A stretch of DNA of 64,000 bases, taken from positions 1-64,000 of IMG/VR virus record IMGVR_UViG_3300028048_000064, one strand, 5' to 3'. The notes under the pieces are model-generated. The model searched no databases, had not been told where the DNA came from, and saw nothing but the letters and a program-made list of their open reading frames with translations. Origin of the DNA: a virus. Lineage: Duplodnaviria; Caudoviricetes. A program made the position numbers and the translations under genes. Of this stretch, positions 1-10,826 are shown one piece after another (positions within the stretch are counted from its first letter, which is position 1; every line of letters begins with the position of its first letter).

Positions 1-890
1 AATTTAGAGCCATCCCAATACATAAAGAAAAGCACAGGACATTCCCAATCCCCACCGGCATCAGCCATGACATATGAGATACCGTTAGTAACTTTTACTT
101 CATTACCTATTGAATCACAATTTTCAAAATCAAAATTAACTTTCTTTAAGTCTTTGTGTAATTCACTTAATTCCGGAATATTTTTGTAAGGTCTGCAATA
201 TCTGTATACGAAATTTGATATGGAAAATTTACCGCTATACTTATCTTGATATTTATCCCATATTTCCCTAAGTTTGTCTTCAAATTCTTTTGGTGTAATT
301 TTTGCTGCTGTTCGGCCTTGTTTTGCAGGTTCAATATCAAGATTGACAGTATAGTGTTTACCTTCTGAAATAATCTCTTTGAGGGTATTTTCTGATATGC
401 AGATTACTTTTCTTTCTTTACTTTCAAATCTAACGACATTGTTATCACCAATTTTCTTGGCTACATCCTTGGTTTGTATCTTTGCTTGTGTTGGTTTATC
501 TTTTCTTATTTGTCTTTGTTTTTCATGTGGCTTGATAAATGCATTCTTAATGCCTGCGTCTTTCTTGGCTTGCTTGAAATCATGTATTGCCTTAGTTGCA
601 GTACCGAGGGTGTTATTAACCCAAGTTTTCATTGGTTCACCACCATTAAGAATAAACTCATCCGATTTAGGCGTACCTTTATAATTGTCAAAGAAGTTCT
701 TGATACGTTTCATCTCCTGATATGAAATTGTATTCATATCCAATACGTTATTAAGACGTTTATAGCCATCAATAGTCTTATCACCGGTATAATTATCCAA
801 TGTTGTTTGCAAGTGTTTCCTTATACCTTTTGCTAATGGGAACGTCCTATTATTTAATTCTTGGTTGCCTTCAAATATGAGATGTAACAT
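1..890 (-). CDS. Hypothetical phage protein, runs off window start (not in ORF track)
   Basis: ATG at 888-890 overlaps the stop of 890..1411 (TAATG). Frame MLHLIFEGNQELNNRTFP...GGDWECPVLFFMYWDGSK stays open to base 1. Internal motif ERKVICISENTLKEIISEG. Confidence 0.85.
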   Translation of the reverse strand, partial: MLHLIFEGNQELNNRTFPLAKGIRKHLQTTLDNYTGDKTIDGYKRLNNVLDMNTISYQEMKRIKNFFDNYKGTPKSDEFILNGGEPMKTWVNNTLGTATKAIHDFKQAKKDAGIKNAFIKPHEKQRQIRKDKPTQAKIQTKDVAKKIGDNNVVRFESKERKVICISENTLKEIISEGKHYTVNLDIEPAKQGRTAAKITPKEFEDKLREIWDKYQDKYSGKFSISNFVYRYCRPYKNIPELSELHKDLKKVNFDFENCDSIGNEVKVTNGISYVMADAGGDWECPVLFFMYWDGSK

Positions 891-1411
891 TACTTATTGC
901 CTTGTTTCTTGTTTATTTTAAGCCTTAATTCTTTAAGCCATGCATAAGGAAGAGAAGAAAAATCAAAGCTTTCAATCATCTTATTCAAGACAATTGCTTG
1001 CTGTTTTGTAGAAAGTGTCTGCATAGAGTCAACAAGGATTTTCATTTTCCTAATGACACTTTCAGGTACTTTTACCAAATCATCGTTTTCATTTCCATTA
1101 CCAAGTGTATCCAATTCCTTATTATTATAAAAGTCATCAACACCATCTTGGTTAACATCACTCTCTTTTAATGTACGTGGTCTGAAAGCAAAGCCCGCAT
1201 ATCTATTGTAGGCTTGTGATGACAATTTATTGGCAAAGTCATCAGTTGGTTTTTCAATACCTTGTTCTTCACTGCTTTGCTTACCAGGTACTGAAATCTC
1301 AGATTGACCATTGTATTGTTTGAAGTCACCATTATCAAGATAGCCGAAACTTTCTTTCTCTGCTTCAGCCAATTGTTTCTCAGTTAATTTGATTATACGT
1401 TTATTTTCCAT
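890..1411 (-). CDS. Hypothetical, probable virion/internal head protein with IIKLTEKQL leader
   Basis: 173-aa ORF; N-terminal motif shared with other ORFs in the window; TATTTAT motif upstream. Confidence 0.75.
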   Translation of the reverse strand: MENKRIIKLTEKQLAEAEKESFGYLDNGDFKQYNGQSEISVPGKQSSEEQGIEKPTDDFANKLSSQAYNRYAGFAFRPRTLKESDVNQDGVDDFYNNKELDTLGNGNENDDLVKVPESVIRKMKILVDSMQTLSTKQQAIVLNKMIESFDFSSLPYAWLKELRLKINKKQGNK

Positions 1412-1431
1412 ATTTATAATCAGTTATTCAC

Positions 1432-1448
1432 CTATTTATTATAAATAG
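1432..1448. promoter_or_regulatory. Divergent pair of putative late promoter motifs (CTATTTAT-T-ATAAATAG)
   Basis: Palindromic TATTTAT/ATAAATA between divergent genes 890..1411 and 1462..3450. Confidence 0.5.
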
Positions 1449-1461
1449 CATACATTCGGCA

Positions 1462-3450
1462 ATGGGTCATATTTTATATCATAATAGATTACCTTTTGGT
1501 TTCAGACTTGACAGAAGTGAGTATTGGGATTTTTTCCTAAGTCAGCCGAGTTATGGTTCAGATAGTACCGGAGTAGGATTATCTGACAGATGCCTTATAA
1601 CATATATTGATACCACTGATACAGATTGTGTACAGTTTGACCGTCTTTATAGCAAATCGGAATATTTTTGGGATGAAGCCGTTAATAATGGCGTTTTACT
1701 TAAAAACATTGGTTATACAGGCGTTGATAATGGATTGATTAGTTATCAGAAAGACAGAATAAGCAATGAACAATTCCTTAAACTTTACAAGCATTCAGAA
1801 TATAGTATAGAAAAGGGTGACTTACGTTTATTATTAAATAAGGTAAACGGAAATAATCAGATTTTCACATATGACAATGATTTCATAGAGGAAGATGGGA
1901 TGCTTGTTTCAAAGTTAAATGGTGGTTTTTTCCAAGGTTTCTTCAAGACTGATGATAACTATTGTGTTTTGCCTAAGAATATTGCTAACGGAACCACTTT
2001 TGAAGTTGTATTAAAAAAACATGACTTTGAAAAAGACGGTAAATACACAATGAATGACATGTATAAGGAGAATAAGGGTTTATTCCTTTATATTGGTACA
2101 AGAGCTGAAAATAAATGGTGGAAGGGCTTAAAGACAGAATTTGACCCTACTAAATCCATTAATGGTTTCGTTATAGATGGCTATGTTAATTCAGAATATA
2201 CAGATACAAGTAATATAAATGCAAATTATATTAAACCATCCGGTAACTACTTCTTTGTAGATGAATATCTTGCTGATGGTTATCAGACTGATGAGTGCGA
2301 AGACAAATGCTGTTGTAATAAAACAACAAGCCAAGGGAAACCAATACCACCATCTACGTCAACTATGCCTAAGTTTACTTACCCTGAAGCATTGAACGTA
2401 TATGAAGATAATGCTGTATGGTTTGACCAAAACGGTCATTTATGGGTAGAAAATGAGTTGTTAACAACAGGTAAAGTTACTGGCGGTCATATTTCCCCAT
2501 CATCAAGGCATAAATGCGGAAGCTGTTATAAGTATTTTGCCGACGGTTATATAAAATCAGATTATTACGATAATTACTGTACTTGTGATATCTATGCAAG
2601 GGAAGATTATATCAAACCTGAAGTATATATTGACGAGGATGAAGACCTTGTAATGAGTGATGGGTATAGTATAAAGCAGCCTAATATAAAAGAATATAGA
2701 AGTGACAACAAATTCTTGATGTTCGACAGAACATGTGACGGATATACAACAGAGAATTGGGTTGAAGGCAGTGAGGTAATCATTACAGATGTACTTACAC
2801 CAAAAATTGAGAACTATTTTCTCTTGTTTAATAGAACATGTAATGGTTACACAACTGAGACAATTGATAAACTTTTGTATGAACAAAGCCGCACATATAA
2901 TATATTAGGCGATTTGTATAATAATGCATTAGGCTTCCAAATTGATGATAATGGGAGAATTGGTTATAAATATCTGGTAAAAGATTGCAAAACAGAAGAA
3001 GGATATAGGATTGAAAATGAATGGTCAGGTGAAAATGCTGTAAGAGAGGACAAATGGAGTACTGTTACTGTTAAAATAATACCTTTGAGTAACCATTACA
3101 GAGAATGTTCTGAAACATCAAATCCGACAGATAAAATGAAGCTGATGATTTATGTAAATGGAAAACTTAAACTTGTTTCAAAAGATATACCATCGCTTAC
3201 ATTAAGAAAACTTAATGATGCTTACAGCAAACAGGAAGGTGTACCTTATAATATATCATTAGGTGGCGGTTCACAAGGTTTGTGTGATGTAATCTATCTT
3301 AATTACCGTAAATTACCGGAGTATTCATTACCAATTGAAAAGGCATTTGCAGGTACATTTATTGGTTACATAAAGTCACTGCGAATACATAATTGTGGTA
3401 TTTCTTATTCAGGAATAGTTCAAAATGCTATTTTTGACGGATGTTTCTAA
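1462..3450 (+). CDS. Putative virion structural protein with LamG/concanavalin-like C-terminal region
   Basis: C-terminal WSTVTV...LMIYVNGKL...ISLGGG...FIGYIKSLRI pattern; internal repeats F-x-RTC-D/N-GYTTE; heads the fibre gene cluster. Confidence 0.6.
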   Translation: MGHILYHNRLPFGFRLDRSEYWDFFLSQPSYGSDSTGVGLSDRCLITYIDTTDTDCVQFDRLYSKSEYFWDEAVNNGVLLKNIGYTGVDNGLISYQKDRISNEQFLKLYKHSEYSIEKGDLRLLLNKVNGNNQIFTYDNDFIEEDGMLVSKLNGGFFQGFFKTDDNYCVLPKNIANGTTFEVVLKKHDFEKDGKYTMNDMYKENKGLFLYIGTRAENKWWKGLKTEFDPTKSINGFVIDGYVNSEYTDTSNINANYIKPSGNYFFVDEYLADGYQTDECEDKCCCNKTTSQGKPIPPSTSTMPKFTYPEALNVYEDNAVWFDQNGHLWVENELLTTGKVTGGHISPSSRHKCGSCYKYFADGYIKSDYYDNYCTCDIYAREDYIKPEVYIDEDEDLVMSDGYSIKQPNIKEYRSDNKFLMFDRTCDGYTTENWVEGSEVIITDVLTPKIENYFLLFNRTCNGYTTETIDKLLYEQSRTYNILGDLYNNALGFQIDDNGRIGYKYLVKDCKTEEGYRIENEWSGENAVREDKWSTVTVKIIPLSNHYRECSETSNPTDKMKLMIYVNGKLKLVSKDIPSLTLRKLNDAYSKQEGVPYNISLGGGSQGLCDVIYLNYRKLPEYSLPIEKAFAGTFIGYIKSLRIHNCGISYSGIVQNAIFDGCF

Positions 3451-3490
3451 AACGAAATAATATTTATTAATAAATAAACTATAACGAACA

Positions 3491-5857
3491 ATGAATAACA
3501 AGGGAATAACATACTTTAGACTGAATTCGCCTTATGAGGGCGATATCACTAAGAATTGTGCCTTGGACGGATACGAAGTTGATAATAATTTCTTGACACT
3601 TGAAGGTCGAGACATAAAGGCTATTTATGTGAGAGACAACGAGATAGAGATTGAACTTATCAATGGACAACTGATTAAGTCCGGTGATGTTTTCAGTAGT
3701 TTTGCACAAGATTTAGACATAGAATTTGACACCGAAAATGGTATTCTGTATGTTACGCAAAACGGAGAAACAAAGGCAATTGAAGGATTTGTTACCGGTT
3801 ATGGTACAAAGGGCGCTGTTGCTACTGATAGCACATTGCTTGGTAGCGGCAAACCATCAAATCCATTGTCTCTTTCACCTCTTTACAAACCAGGTGTTTA
3901 TCGTCCTGTAAAGAAATTCATTGACCTCACTGTTGATACTGACTGCAATCATTGCGGTTGTCCTCAGCATGGTCGAATTGAAGATTCTTTGCCAGATAAA
4001 CGCACTCTGTTGCCCGGCGACCGCTTCCTTGTACGCACAGAAAATAGTGATTATGGTTTCCTTTACAACTATGAAGGTGTCAAGAAAATTGCTTGTGACT
4101 TGAATGAAAGTCATTCTGAATGGAGAATACCTACTAAGGAAGACTGGGATGATTTGCTTAACGCTATTGAACCATGTGCTGAGGATAAGACCCATTCAAG
4201 TGCTTCTTCAAACATGTGGCTTGGCCGTCTTGCAGGTAAATTCTTGAAAAGCAAGTATTTGTGGCGTCCTGAAGGTTGCCCATGCAATGAGAACGGAAAC
4301 AACAATAGCGGTAATAGCAACACGTGCTTTGATTATGGTGATGATGCTAATAACGAAGGTACAAATAGCAACAACTGTGTAAACAATTGCTCATGCGGAA
4401 GACCTGAAACTGAATGTGACCCGATGCACTGTGGAGAGTATCATTCTTGCCATCACAGACCTAAGAAACATGGTCACGGTGGACTTGATGTATATGGCTT
4501 TGGTGTAACGCCAGCAGGTTATGCTGACGATGGTGGTATGTATGGCTACTTTGGTGAACGTGGTATGTTCTGGACAGCAACAGTTTCAAGAAGTGGTGCA
4601 AGTTCATATGCTAAGAGATTTGACTATAACAAGTCAAGTGTATATCAGGACATCGTTCCTACTACACTGTTCCTTTCTATCAGACTTGTAAAGGATTATA
4701 CAGGTGATAACTTCTTCGAAAGAGAAGATATCTTGACTGATAACTATCCAACTGTCTTAATGCCATCTGCAAGTAAAGGTCATAAGGTTTGGACAAGTGT
4801 TAATGTTGCTTTGAGTAACAGATGCTATGAACCAATGATACCTAATGATGGTAATGGCATGACCATGATTAAGAAGTATTTCATCTATGAATGGGATGGA
4901 AGAACATGGATTACCAATGAGATGAGGGAAGGTGAGATTGTAACAATTATGCATGCACCTAATGGTAAACATAGTATACCTTACAAACTTGTTAACCATG
5001 AGCTTATTGACTTGAACCTCAGAACCGTTAATGCAGTCCTCCACATTATTCATCCTAAATTGGAGAACCTTGAACATCTTATCAATGTTGAGAAGGAAAG
5101 AGCAATTGCCGCTGAGGAAAGACTTGAAGCTGCTATTGACAGTACAACATCACGCCTCGAAAACGAAATTCTTGAAAGACAGGCTGCTGACGAAGCACTC
5201 AATAACAAGATAGATAATGAAACAGCACAACGTATTGCTGCTGATGAGGCATTGACTGCTGCACTTGAACAAGAGGCACAAGCAAGAGCCGACAAAGATG
5301 CAGAAATTGAGGCTAACCTTAATGCTGAAATCGAAGCACGTCAAGCTAAGGATGCAGAACATGACCAAGCAATTGCAGATGAGATTGCTGCACGCATTGC
5401 TGCTGATGAAGAGGAAAAGGCTGCAAGAGAAGCTAAAGATGCTGAACTTGAACAAGCAATTGCTGATGAAGCTGCTGCACGTGAGGCTAAGGATGCAGAA
5501 TTAGAACAAGCCATTGCTGACGAAACTGCTGCACGTATCGCTGCTGATGAAGAGGAAAAGACCGCAAGAGAAGCTAAAGATGCTGAACTTGAACAAGCAA
5601 TTGCTGATGAAGCTGCTGCACGTGAGGCTAAGGATGCTGAACTTGAACAGTCAATCGCTGATGAAGCTGCTGCACGCATTGCTGCTGACGAAGAAGAAAA
5701 GGCTGCAAGAGAAGCTAAAGATGAAGAAATTGAAGGTAAGCTACTTACCGCAGAAGGTACTGAATTTGACAAGGATAATGGCGTTCTTACATTAAAGAGT
5801 GCTGCCGGTACAAATGATATTACCGTTCAATTTAGTTTCAATTTCGGTGAAATCTAA
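3491..5857 (+). CDS. Fibre-like protein: Fibrobacter succinogenes major (FISUMP)-like domain plus coiled-coil stalk
   Basis: YGFLYNY, WRIPTKEDWDDL, AGKFLKS, GFGVTPAG, FWTAT, SIRLVKD motifs followed by Ala/Glu coiled-coil repeats. Confidence 0.7.
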   Translation: MNNKGITYFRLNSPYEGDITKNCALDGYEVDNNFLTLEGRDIKAIYVRDNEIEIELINGQLIKSGDVFSSFAQDLDIEFDTENGILYVTQNGETKAIEGFVTGYGTKGAVATDSTLLGSGKPSNPLSLSPLYKPGVYRPVKKFIDLTVDTDCNHCGCPQHGRIEDSLPDKRTLLPGDRFLVRTENSDYGFLYNYEGVKKIACDLNESHSEWRIPTKEDWDDLLNAIEPCAEDKTHSSASSNMWLGRLAGKFLKSKYLWRPEGCPCNENGNNNSGNSNTCFDYGDDANNEGTNSNNCVNNCSCGRPETECDPMHCGEYHSCHHRPKKHGHGGLDVYGFGVTPAGYADDGGMYGYFGERGMFWTATVSRSGASSYAKRFDYNKSSVYQDIVPTTLFLSIRLVKDYTGDNFFEREDILTDNYPTVLMPSASKGHKVWTSVNVALSNRCYEPMIPNDGNGMTMIKKYFIYEWDGRTWITNEMREGEIVTIMHAPNGKHSIPYKLVNHELIDLNLRTVNAVLHIIHPKLENLEHLINVEKERAIAAEERLEAAIDSTTSRLENEILERQAADEALNNKIDNETAQRIAADEALTAALEQEAQARADKDAEIEANLNAEIEARQAKDAEHDQAIADEIAARIAADEEEKAAREAKDAELEQAIADEAAAREAKDAELEQAIADETAARIAADEEEKTAREAKDAELEQAIADEAAAREAKDAELEQSIADEAAARIAADEEEKAAREAKDEEIEGKLLTAEGTEFDKDNGVLTLKSAAGTNDITVQFSFNFGEI
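5340..5730 (+). repeat. Coding tandem repeat, 141-nt period (18-aa plus 29-aa coiled-coil units)
   Basis: gctaaagatgctgaacttgaacaagcaattgctgatgaagctgctgcacgtgaggctaaggatgc occurs at 5432 and 5573; units AIADEAAAREAKDAELEQ and AIADExAARIAADEEEKxAREAKDAELEQ. Confidence 0.9.
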
Positions 5858-5906
5858 GCATAAAAATATTAAATAATTTAATAAGTTTGATATAATATAA
5901 AATAAC

Positions 5907-8900
5907 ATGAATAACGATTACAGATTGCAATTACTGAGTCATTCTGAAATCTTCCCTACAAGAGAAGAGGCAATTGAGTACATAGAGGACAACTTTAAAA
6001 GTGTCGCTTTATGGGGCGAACCTGCCCTCTTCTTCTACGGAAACGAAAGATTTCCAAAGATGATTCTTGTAGTCGGTGCAAGTCATGATTCAAGAAAACC
6101 TCGTATTTGTATTATTGATGATGCCGAACTTAGGGAACTCATCAGAGAGGTGAGAGAAGCAACAGAACAAAACACTGAAGATATTGCTAAAGCAGCCGAA
6201 AGGATACTTAATATCATCAATGTTGTTGGCCTTACTCTTGATGAGAATAAAATCAAAGACCAAATCTCTTATGACCCTGATAGGACTGATGAACTTATTG
6301 GTGAGGCTGAGACCGTAGCCGAGGCAATTGCCATCATTTCTACATTTGTACAGAGAAAATTCAAGGAAATGGAACTCTCTGTTGAGGATAGTAATTCTAT
6401 TGATTTTACCCTTGATAAGACAGAAAATGGTACAACCCTTACAGGTGATGTCAAGATTTCAACCGATGGTAATGATGATGACTTGGACTTCAATAATAAT
6501 ATTGTAGGCATTAAGACTGATGGACTGTTTGCATCTTGCAACATTGAATATGATGCTGAAAGAAACCGTCTTATCTTCACTACCTCCGGTATGAAGAACG
6601 GCCACTTCGTAACTGATGCAAATAAGAAAATCATTGACTTTGGTGCTCATACTATCTACACAGCAGATAATGAAGACCATAGCGTACAGGTTACAATTAA
6701 CCAAGAACGTGGTACTATTTCTGCTGATGTGAAGATTTCAAGTGATGATGACAACTTGCTCGTTGAAAAAGACGGCAAAATGTATGTTTCTGCACGTGCT
6801 AAGAACATTAAGTATAAGGATACCAATGTAGGTGCTAAACTTAATTCAATCGACGATGCAATTGAGGACATCTATGATAAAATTCAAGTACTTACTATTG
6901 AAGACCTTATTGTAGGTGATGAGAGTGACACTATTCTTACTAAGGCTATCAAGAGAGAAAATGGTGGTTATACCATCACTTCTGATGTAAGACTTAGCAG
7001 TGACGAGTCTATTAAGATTGGTAATGGTGGTATCAGAGCAAATATTGACATCAATGTTGATACTACTAACAACAAACTTATCTTGTCAGTCGGTAATGTA
7101 CAGAAGGAAGTTTCACTTCCTGGCGTAAGTATCCTTGATAATATCTACTATGACCCCGTAAACAAGACTATTGTTATTACTTGGAAAGATGGTTCACAGC
7201 AGACTATTATCCCTGTAGGTGATATGCTCAAGACTTGGATTGTGTCCAACGACCCAACAAGTCCAATCGTATTGACCAAGACAGAACCAAGTGTTGCCGG
7301 ACAGCCGGAGACTCTTTCGGCTAACCTTAAACTTGCTCCAACGGATAATATTATCGGTAAGGATGCACAGGGTTATATCTATGTAAGAGGCTCTGAGATT
7401 GACAATAAGATTGCTGTTGAGAAAACTGCACGTGAAAATGCTGATGCTGCATTAGAAGCTGCTATTCAGTCTGAAAAAGATGCAAGAATAACTGCTGATA
7501 CAGTATTGCAAAACAACATTAATAGTGAGGCTAATGCACGCCATGCTGCTGATGATGAGCTGGAAAATGCTATCAACGCTGCACGTGAAGAGGCTGCTAA
7601 TGCACTTAATGCCAAGGCAAACGAAATCTATGCAAGAATAGATTTGGATGAGGATAAGATTGAACAAGCTTCTGATGATGCTGCCGAAGCAAAATCACTT
7701 GTTGAACTTACAAATGCAAATCTTGAAGCAGAGATTAACCGTGCTACAACAGCTGAAGGTGTAAATGCAAATGCTATTGCCGGTGTTACCACACGTGTAA
7801 CCACCCTTGAGAGTGGACTTGCAACTGAAAGAGATGCAAGAAGTACTGCTGACGCAGTTCATGATGAACAGATTTCTAATCTCCGTAACGCCCTTGCTTC
7901 TGCTGAGGTTTCGCACCAAGAAGATATTGACAGACTTTCTGGCGAAATCGCAGAAAATGCAAATGCAATCACAATCCTTAATGGTAGTGAGAGCACCAAT
8001 GGCTCTGTAAGAGAAACCGTTAAAATTGCTAAGGATGAACTTACCCTTGCAATTAATAACGAGAAAACTCGTGCTGAGGCTAAGGAAAATGAACTTGCCG
8101 CCGATATTGCCGCTGAAGTTTCAAGAGCAACTGCTGCTGAGACCACAACCCTTGCAACAGCTAAGGCTTACGCTGATGATAAAGCATCTGCCGCAGAACA
8201 TAATGCTAACGATTACACAGATGATGCAAAGGCTGAAGCAATTCAGACTTCAAAGGCATACACTGATGAAAAGGTCGCTGATAATCTTGCAACTGCTAAG
8301 GCATATACCGATGACAAGGCTGCTAATGTACAGCACCTTGCTGAGGATTATACCGACGATGCAAAGGCTGAAGCAATTCAGACTGCTAAGGACTATACTG
8401 ACAGTAAGGTTACTGCAAGTGATACCGCTTCTAAGGCTTATACCGATGCTGCAATTGCCAACGAGCAAACACGTGCACAGGCTGCTGAGACAGCAAATTC
8501 TAATGAAATTGTAGCACTTAAAGCAAAGGATATTCAGATTGATAGTGAACTTGCTAATAAAGTTGAAACAGTTACAATTGTTAAGAGCACTGCAAGTGAC
8601 TATCAGTATATACTGAAAGTTGATGGCGTTGATGCAGGCGAAATCAATATTCCTGAAATCGACATGCTTCATGAGGTTACTTATGACCCAGTAAGCAAGA
8701 ACATCAGATTTATCTTCAATACTTCTGAAGGCTATTCTGAAACTGTTATCAATATTGCAGACCTCATTGACACATATCTTGCCGGTAATGGTTTGACACT
8801 TACTGATAATGTATTCTCTGTAAAGATTAATCCTGCAAGCGAGTTCATTTCAGTAGATGAAAACGGTATTAAAGTAAGTGGTATCAGTGAAGCACTCTTG

Positions 8901-10727
8901 ACAAAGGCTAATGTTGGTGACTCTTATACCAAGGCTGAATCTGATGCCAAGTATCTGACAGAACATCAGGATGTATCAATGTTCGCTGAAAAGTCTTACG
9001 TTGATGAGAAAGATGCTGAAATCAATACACATCTTAATAATGTTGAGGCTAAGGCTGATGAGAATACTGCCAAGGTTGCTATCATTAACGGTAACGAAGC
9101 ACAGGAAGGCTCTATCAAGAAAGCACTGAAGGATGCTAAGGATTACACCGATGCTGAGGTAAATTCTGAAAAGAACCGTGCTATGGCTGCTGAAACTGCT
9201 AATTCAGATGCTATTGCCATTATCAACGGTAATGAATCACAAGCAGGTTCAATCAAGAAAGCACTTGCCGATGCTAAGGCTTATACCGATGCAGAAGTGG
9301 CTACTGAGAAAAACCGTGCTGAGGCTGCTGAAAATACACTTTCTGATGCTGTTGCAATCATTAATGGTAATGAGGCACAAGATGGTTCTATCAAGAAGGC
9401 TCTGAAGGATGCTAAGGATTACACTGATACTGTCGTAGCTGATGAAAAGACAGCACGTGAAACTGCTGACATTGAAATCAATGCTGCCATTGACCAGAAG
9501 GCCAATAAGAGTGAGGTTTATACCAAAGCTGAAATCGAAGGTAAGGGTTATCTTACATCAACTGATATTGCTTCGCTTGCTACAAAGGAAGAAGTTAATA
9601 TTGAAAATGCAAGAGCCGTTGCTGCTGAGACTAACCTTGCTACAGACATTGCTTCCGCAAATGATAATATTTCAGCCAATGCAAATGATATTGCAGACTT
9701 ACAAGCAGAGGCTGCTCGTCTTAACTTGATTGTTGATGAGACTAACACTGTTAAACTTACCAAGAGTAAGGATAATACTGGCACTGAACTTGCAGCAAAT
9801 GTTAAACTTGATGCTGTTAATACCAATATCATTAAAGTAAGCGGTAATGGTCTTTATGCTGATGTTGAAATGTCTTATAGTCAAGCAACCAATAAGATTA
9901 CATTCTCTAATGGTTTGACCACACAGGTATTTGAACTTGCAGGTGCTTCACTCCTTGAAGATGGTTACTATAACTCAGCAACAAAGCAGATTATACTTAT
10001 CACAAGACTCAGTGATGGTACTACAAGACAGATTACTATCGATGCAGAAGCATTAATCCATACATTAAAGGTTGATAACGGTACAAATAACCCAATCAAG
10101 TTGTCTAAGACTACTGATAGTGAGGGTGTTGATGTTATCAGTGCAAGACTTGACATCTCTACTGAAAGTCATAACCAAATCCTTAATAACAACGGTACAC
10201 TCTATGCAAGTAATGAGGCTTCCCAGCATACTGCACTTTGGAACGGTACTGAAAAGTCCCTCCAAGAGGTTATTGAACTGTTGAAGGTTACTGCCGAAGA
10301 AGGTGGCGAAGCTGCACAAGAAATTGTTGAAATTAAGGCCGAACTTCAAGAGGTTGAACGTAATCTCAGAGCAATGGAGTCAACTGTTTCAACACTTTCT
10401 ACAAGAGTTAGTGAAAATACTTCTGCTATTTCAGCTAATACAGGCTCTATCAATACTCTGACATCTCAGATGAATGAGGTCAACGGTAAGATGGCAATCC
10501 TTGAAGGTAAAGTCACTGACGTTGAGGAACTTGTTGGTACTTACGAGACACGTGTAAGCAATCTTGAAAGTGACATGACAAACGTCAAGTCAAATGTTAC
10601 AAGCCTTATCAACGATGTCAGCACAATGCAGACACAACTTGGTGACATCAGTGGCTTGAAGACTGTTGCACAAAGACTTGAAGACCTTGAACAGGCTGTG
10701 AATGAGGCCGATTATGGCACATACTAA
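5907..10727 (+). CDS. Long tail/whisker fibre protein (1606 aa) with coiled-coil and AKAYTD stalk repeats
   Basis: Alternating beta-rich and coiled-coil segments, AKAYTD/AKDYTD repeats, C-terminal DYGTY. Confidence 0.75.
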   Translation: MNNDYRLQLLSHSEIFPTREEAIEYIEDNFKSVALWGEPALFFYGNERFPKMILVVGASHDSRKPRICIIDDAELRELIREVREATEQNTEDIAKAAERILNIINVVGLTLDENKIKDQISYDPDRTDELIGEAETVAEAIAIISTFVQRKFKEMELSVEDSNSIDFTLDKTENGTTLTGDVKISTDGNDDDLDFNNNIVGIKTDGLFASCNIEYDAERNRLIFTTSGMKNGHFVTDANKKIIDFGAHTIYTADNEDHSVQVTINQERGTISADVKISSDDDNLLVEKDGKMYVSARAKNIKYKDTNVGAKLNSIDDAIEDIYDKIQVLTIEDLIVGDESDTILTKAIKRENGGYTITSDVRLSSDESIKIGNGGIRANIDINVDTTNNKLILSVGNVQKEVSLPGVSILDNIYYDPVNKTIVITWKDGSQQTIIPVGDMLKTWIVSNDPTSPIVLTKTEPSVAGQPETLSANLKLAPTDNIIGKDAQGYIYVRGSEIDNKIAVEKTARENADAALEAAIQSEKDARITADTVLQNNINSEANARHAADDELENAINAAREEAANALNAKANEIYARIDLDEDKIEQASDDAAEAKSLVELTNANLEAEINRATTAEGVNANAIAGVTTRVTTLESGLATERDARSTADAVHDEQISNLRNALASAEVSHQEDIDRLSGEIAENANAITILNGSESTNGSVRETVKIAKDELTLAINNEKTRAEAKENELAADIAAEVSRATAAETTTLATAKAYADDKASAAEHNANDYTDDAKAEAIQTSKAYTDEKVADNLATAKAYTDDKAANVQHLAEDYTDDAKAEAIQTAKDYTDSKVTASDTASKAYTDAAIANEQTRAQAAETANSNEIVALKAKDIQIDSELANKVETVTIVKSTASDYQYILKVDGVDAGEINIPEIDMLHEVTYDPVSKNIRFIFNTSEGYSETVINIADLIDTYLAGNGLTLTDNVFSVKINPASEFISVDENGIKVSGISEALLTKANVGDSYTKAESDAKYLTEHQDVSMFAEKSYVDEKDAEINTHLNNVEAKADENTAKVAIINGNEAQEGSIKKALKDAKDYTDAEVNSEKNRAMAAETANSDAIAIINGNESQAGSIKKALADAKAYTDAEVATEKNRAEAAENTLSDAVAIINGNEAQDGSIKKALKDAKDYTDTVVADEKTARETADIEINAAIDQKANKSEVYTKAEIEGKGYLTSTDIASLATKEEVNIENARAVAAETNLATDIASANDNISANANDIADLQAEAARLNLIVDETNTVKLTKSKDNTGTELAANVKLDAVNTNIIKVSGNGLYADVEMSYSQATNKITFSNGLTTQVFELAGASLLEDGYYNSATKQIILITRLSDGTTRQITIDAEALIHTLKVDNGTNNPIKLSKTTDSEGVDVISARLDISTESHNQILNNNGTLYASNEASQHTALWNGTEKSLQEVIELLKVTAEEGGEAAQEIVEIKAELQEVERNLRAMESTVSTLSTRVSENTSAISANTGSINTLTSQMNEVNGKMAILEGKVTDVEELVGTYETRVSNLESDMTNVKSNVTSLINDVSTMQTQLGDISGLKTVAQRLEDLEQAVNEADYGTY
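9075..9450 (+). repeat. Coding repeat, 138-nt (46-aa) period, three copies
   Basis: IINGNExQxGSIKKALxDAKxYTD starts at about 9081, 9219 and 9357. Confidence 0.85.
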
Positions 10728-10739
10728 AAAATACTAAAA

Positions 10740-10773
10740 AATTATCGGGAAATGAAATACTTTCCCGATAATT
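10740..10773 (+). terminator. Hairpin, putative intrinsic terminator or processing stem
   Basis: aattatcgggaaa-N8-tttcccgataatt just after the stop at 10727. Confidence 0.65.
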
Positions 10774-10826
10774 CAAAATATTTATAATTAAAATTAAGAA
10801 ATAAAATTTATATATTATAATTGATA

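Noticed and set aside
379-725. Plus-strand ORFs 379..684 and 474..725
   Set aside because: They are antisense to the continuous minus-strand gene 1..890.
5050-5772. Antisense Ser/Ala-rich ORFs and other short overlapping ORFs in the track
   Set aside because: They are shadows of biased codon use in the real genes on the other strand or frame.
3491-5857. Diversity-generating retroelement targeting the FISUMP-like domain
   Set aside because: No reverse transcriptase or template/variable repeat pair is visible in this window.
5340-9450. CRISPR array
   Set aside because: The repeats are in-frame, degenerate at third codon positions and lack unique spacers.
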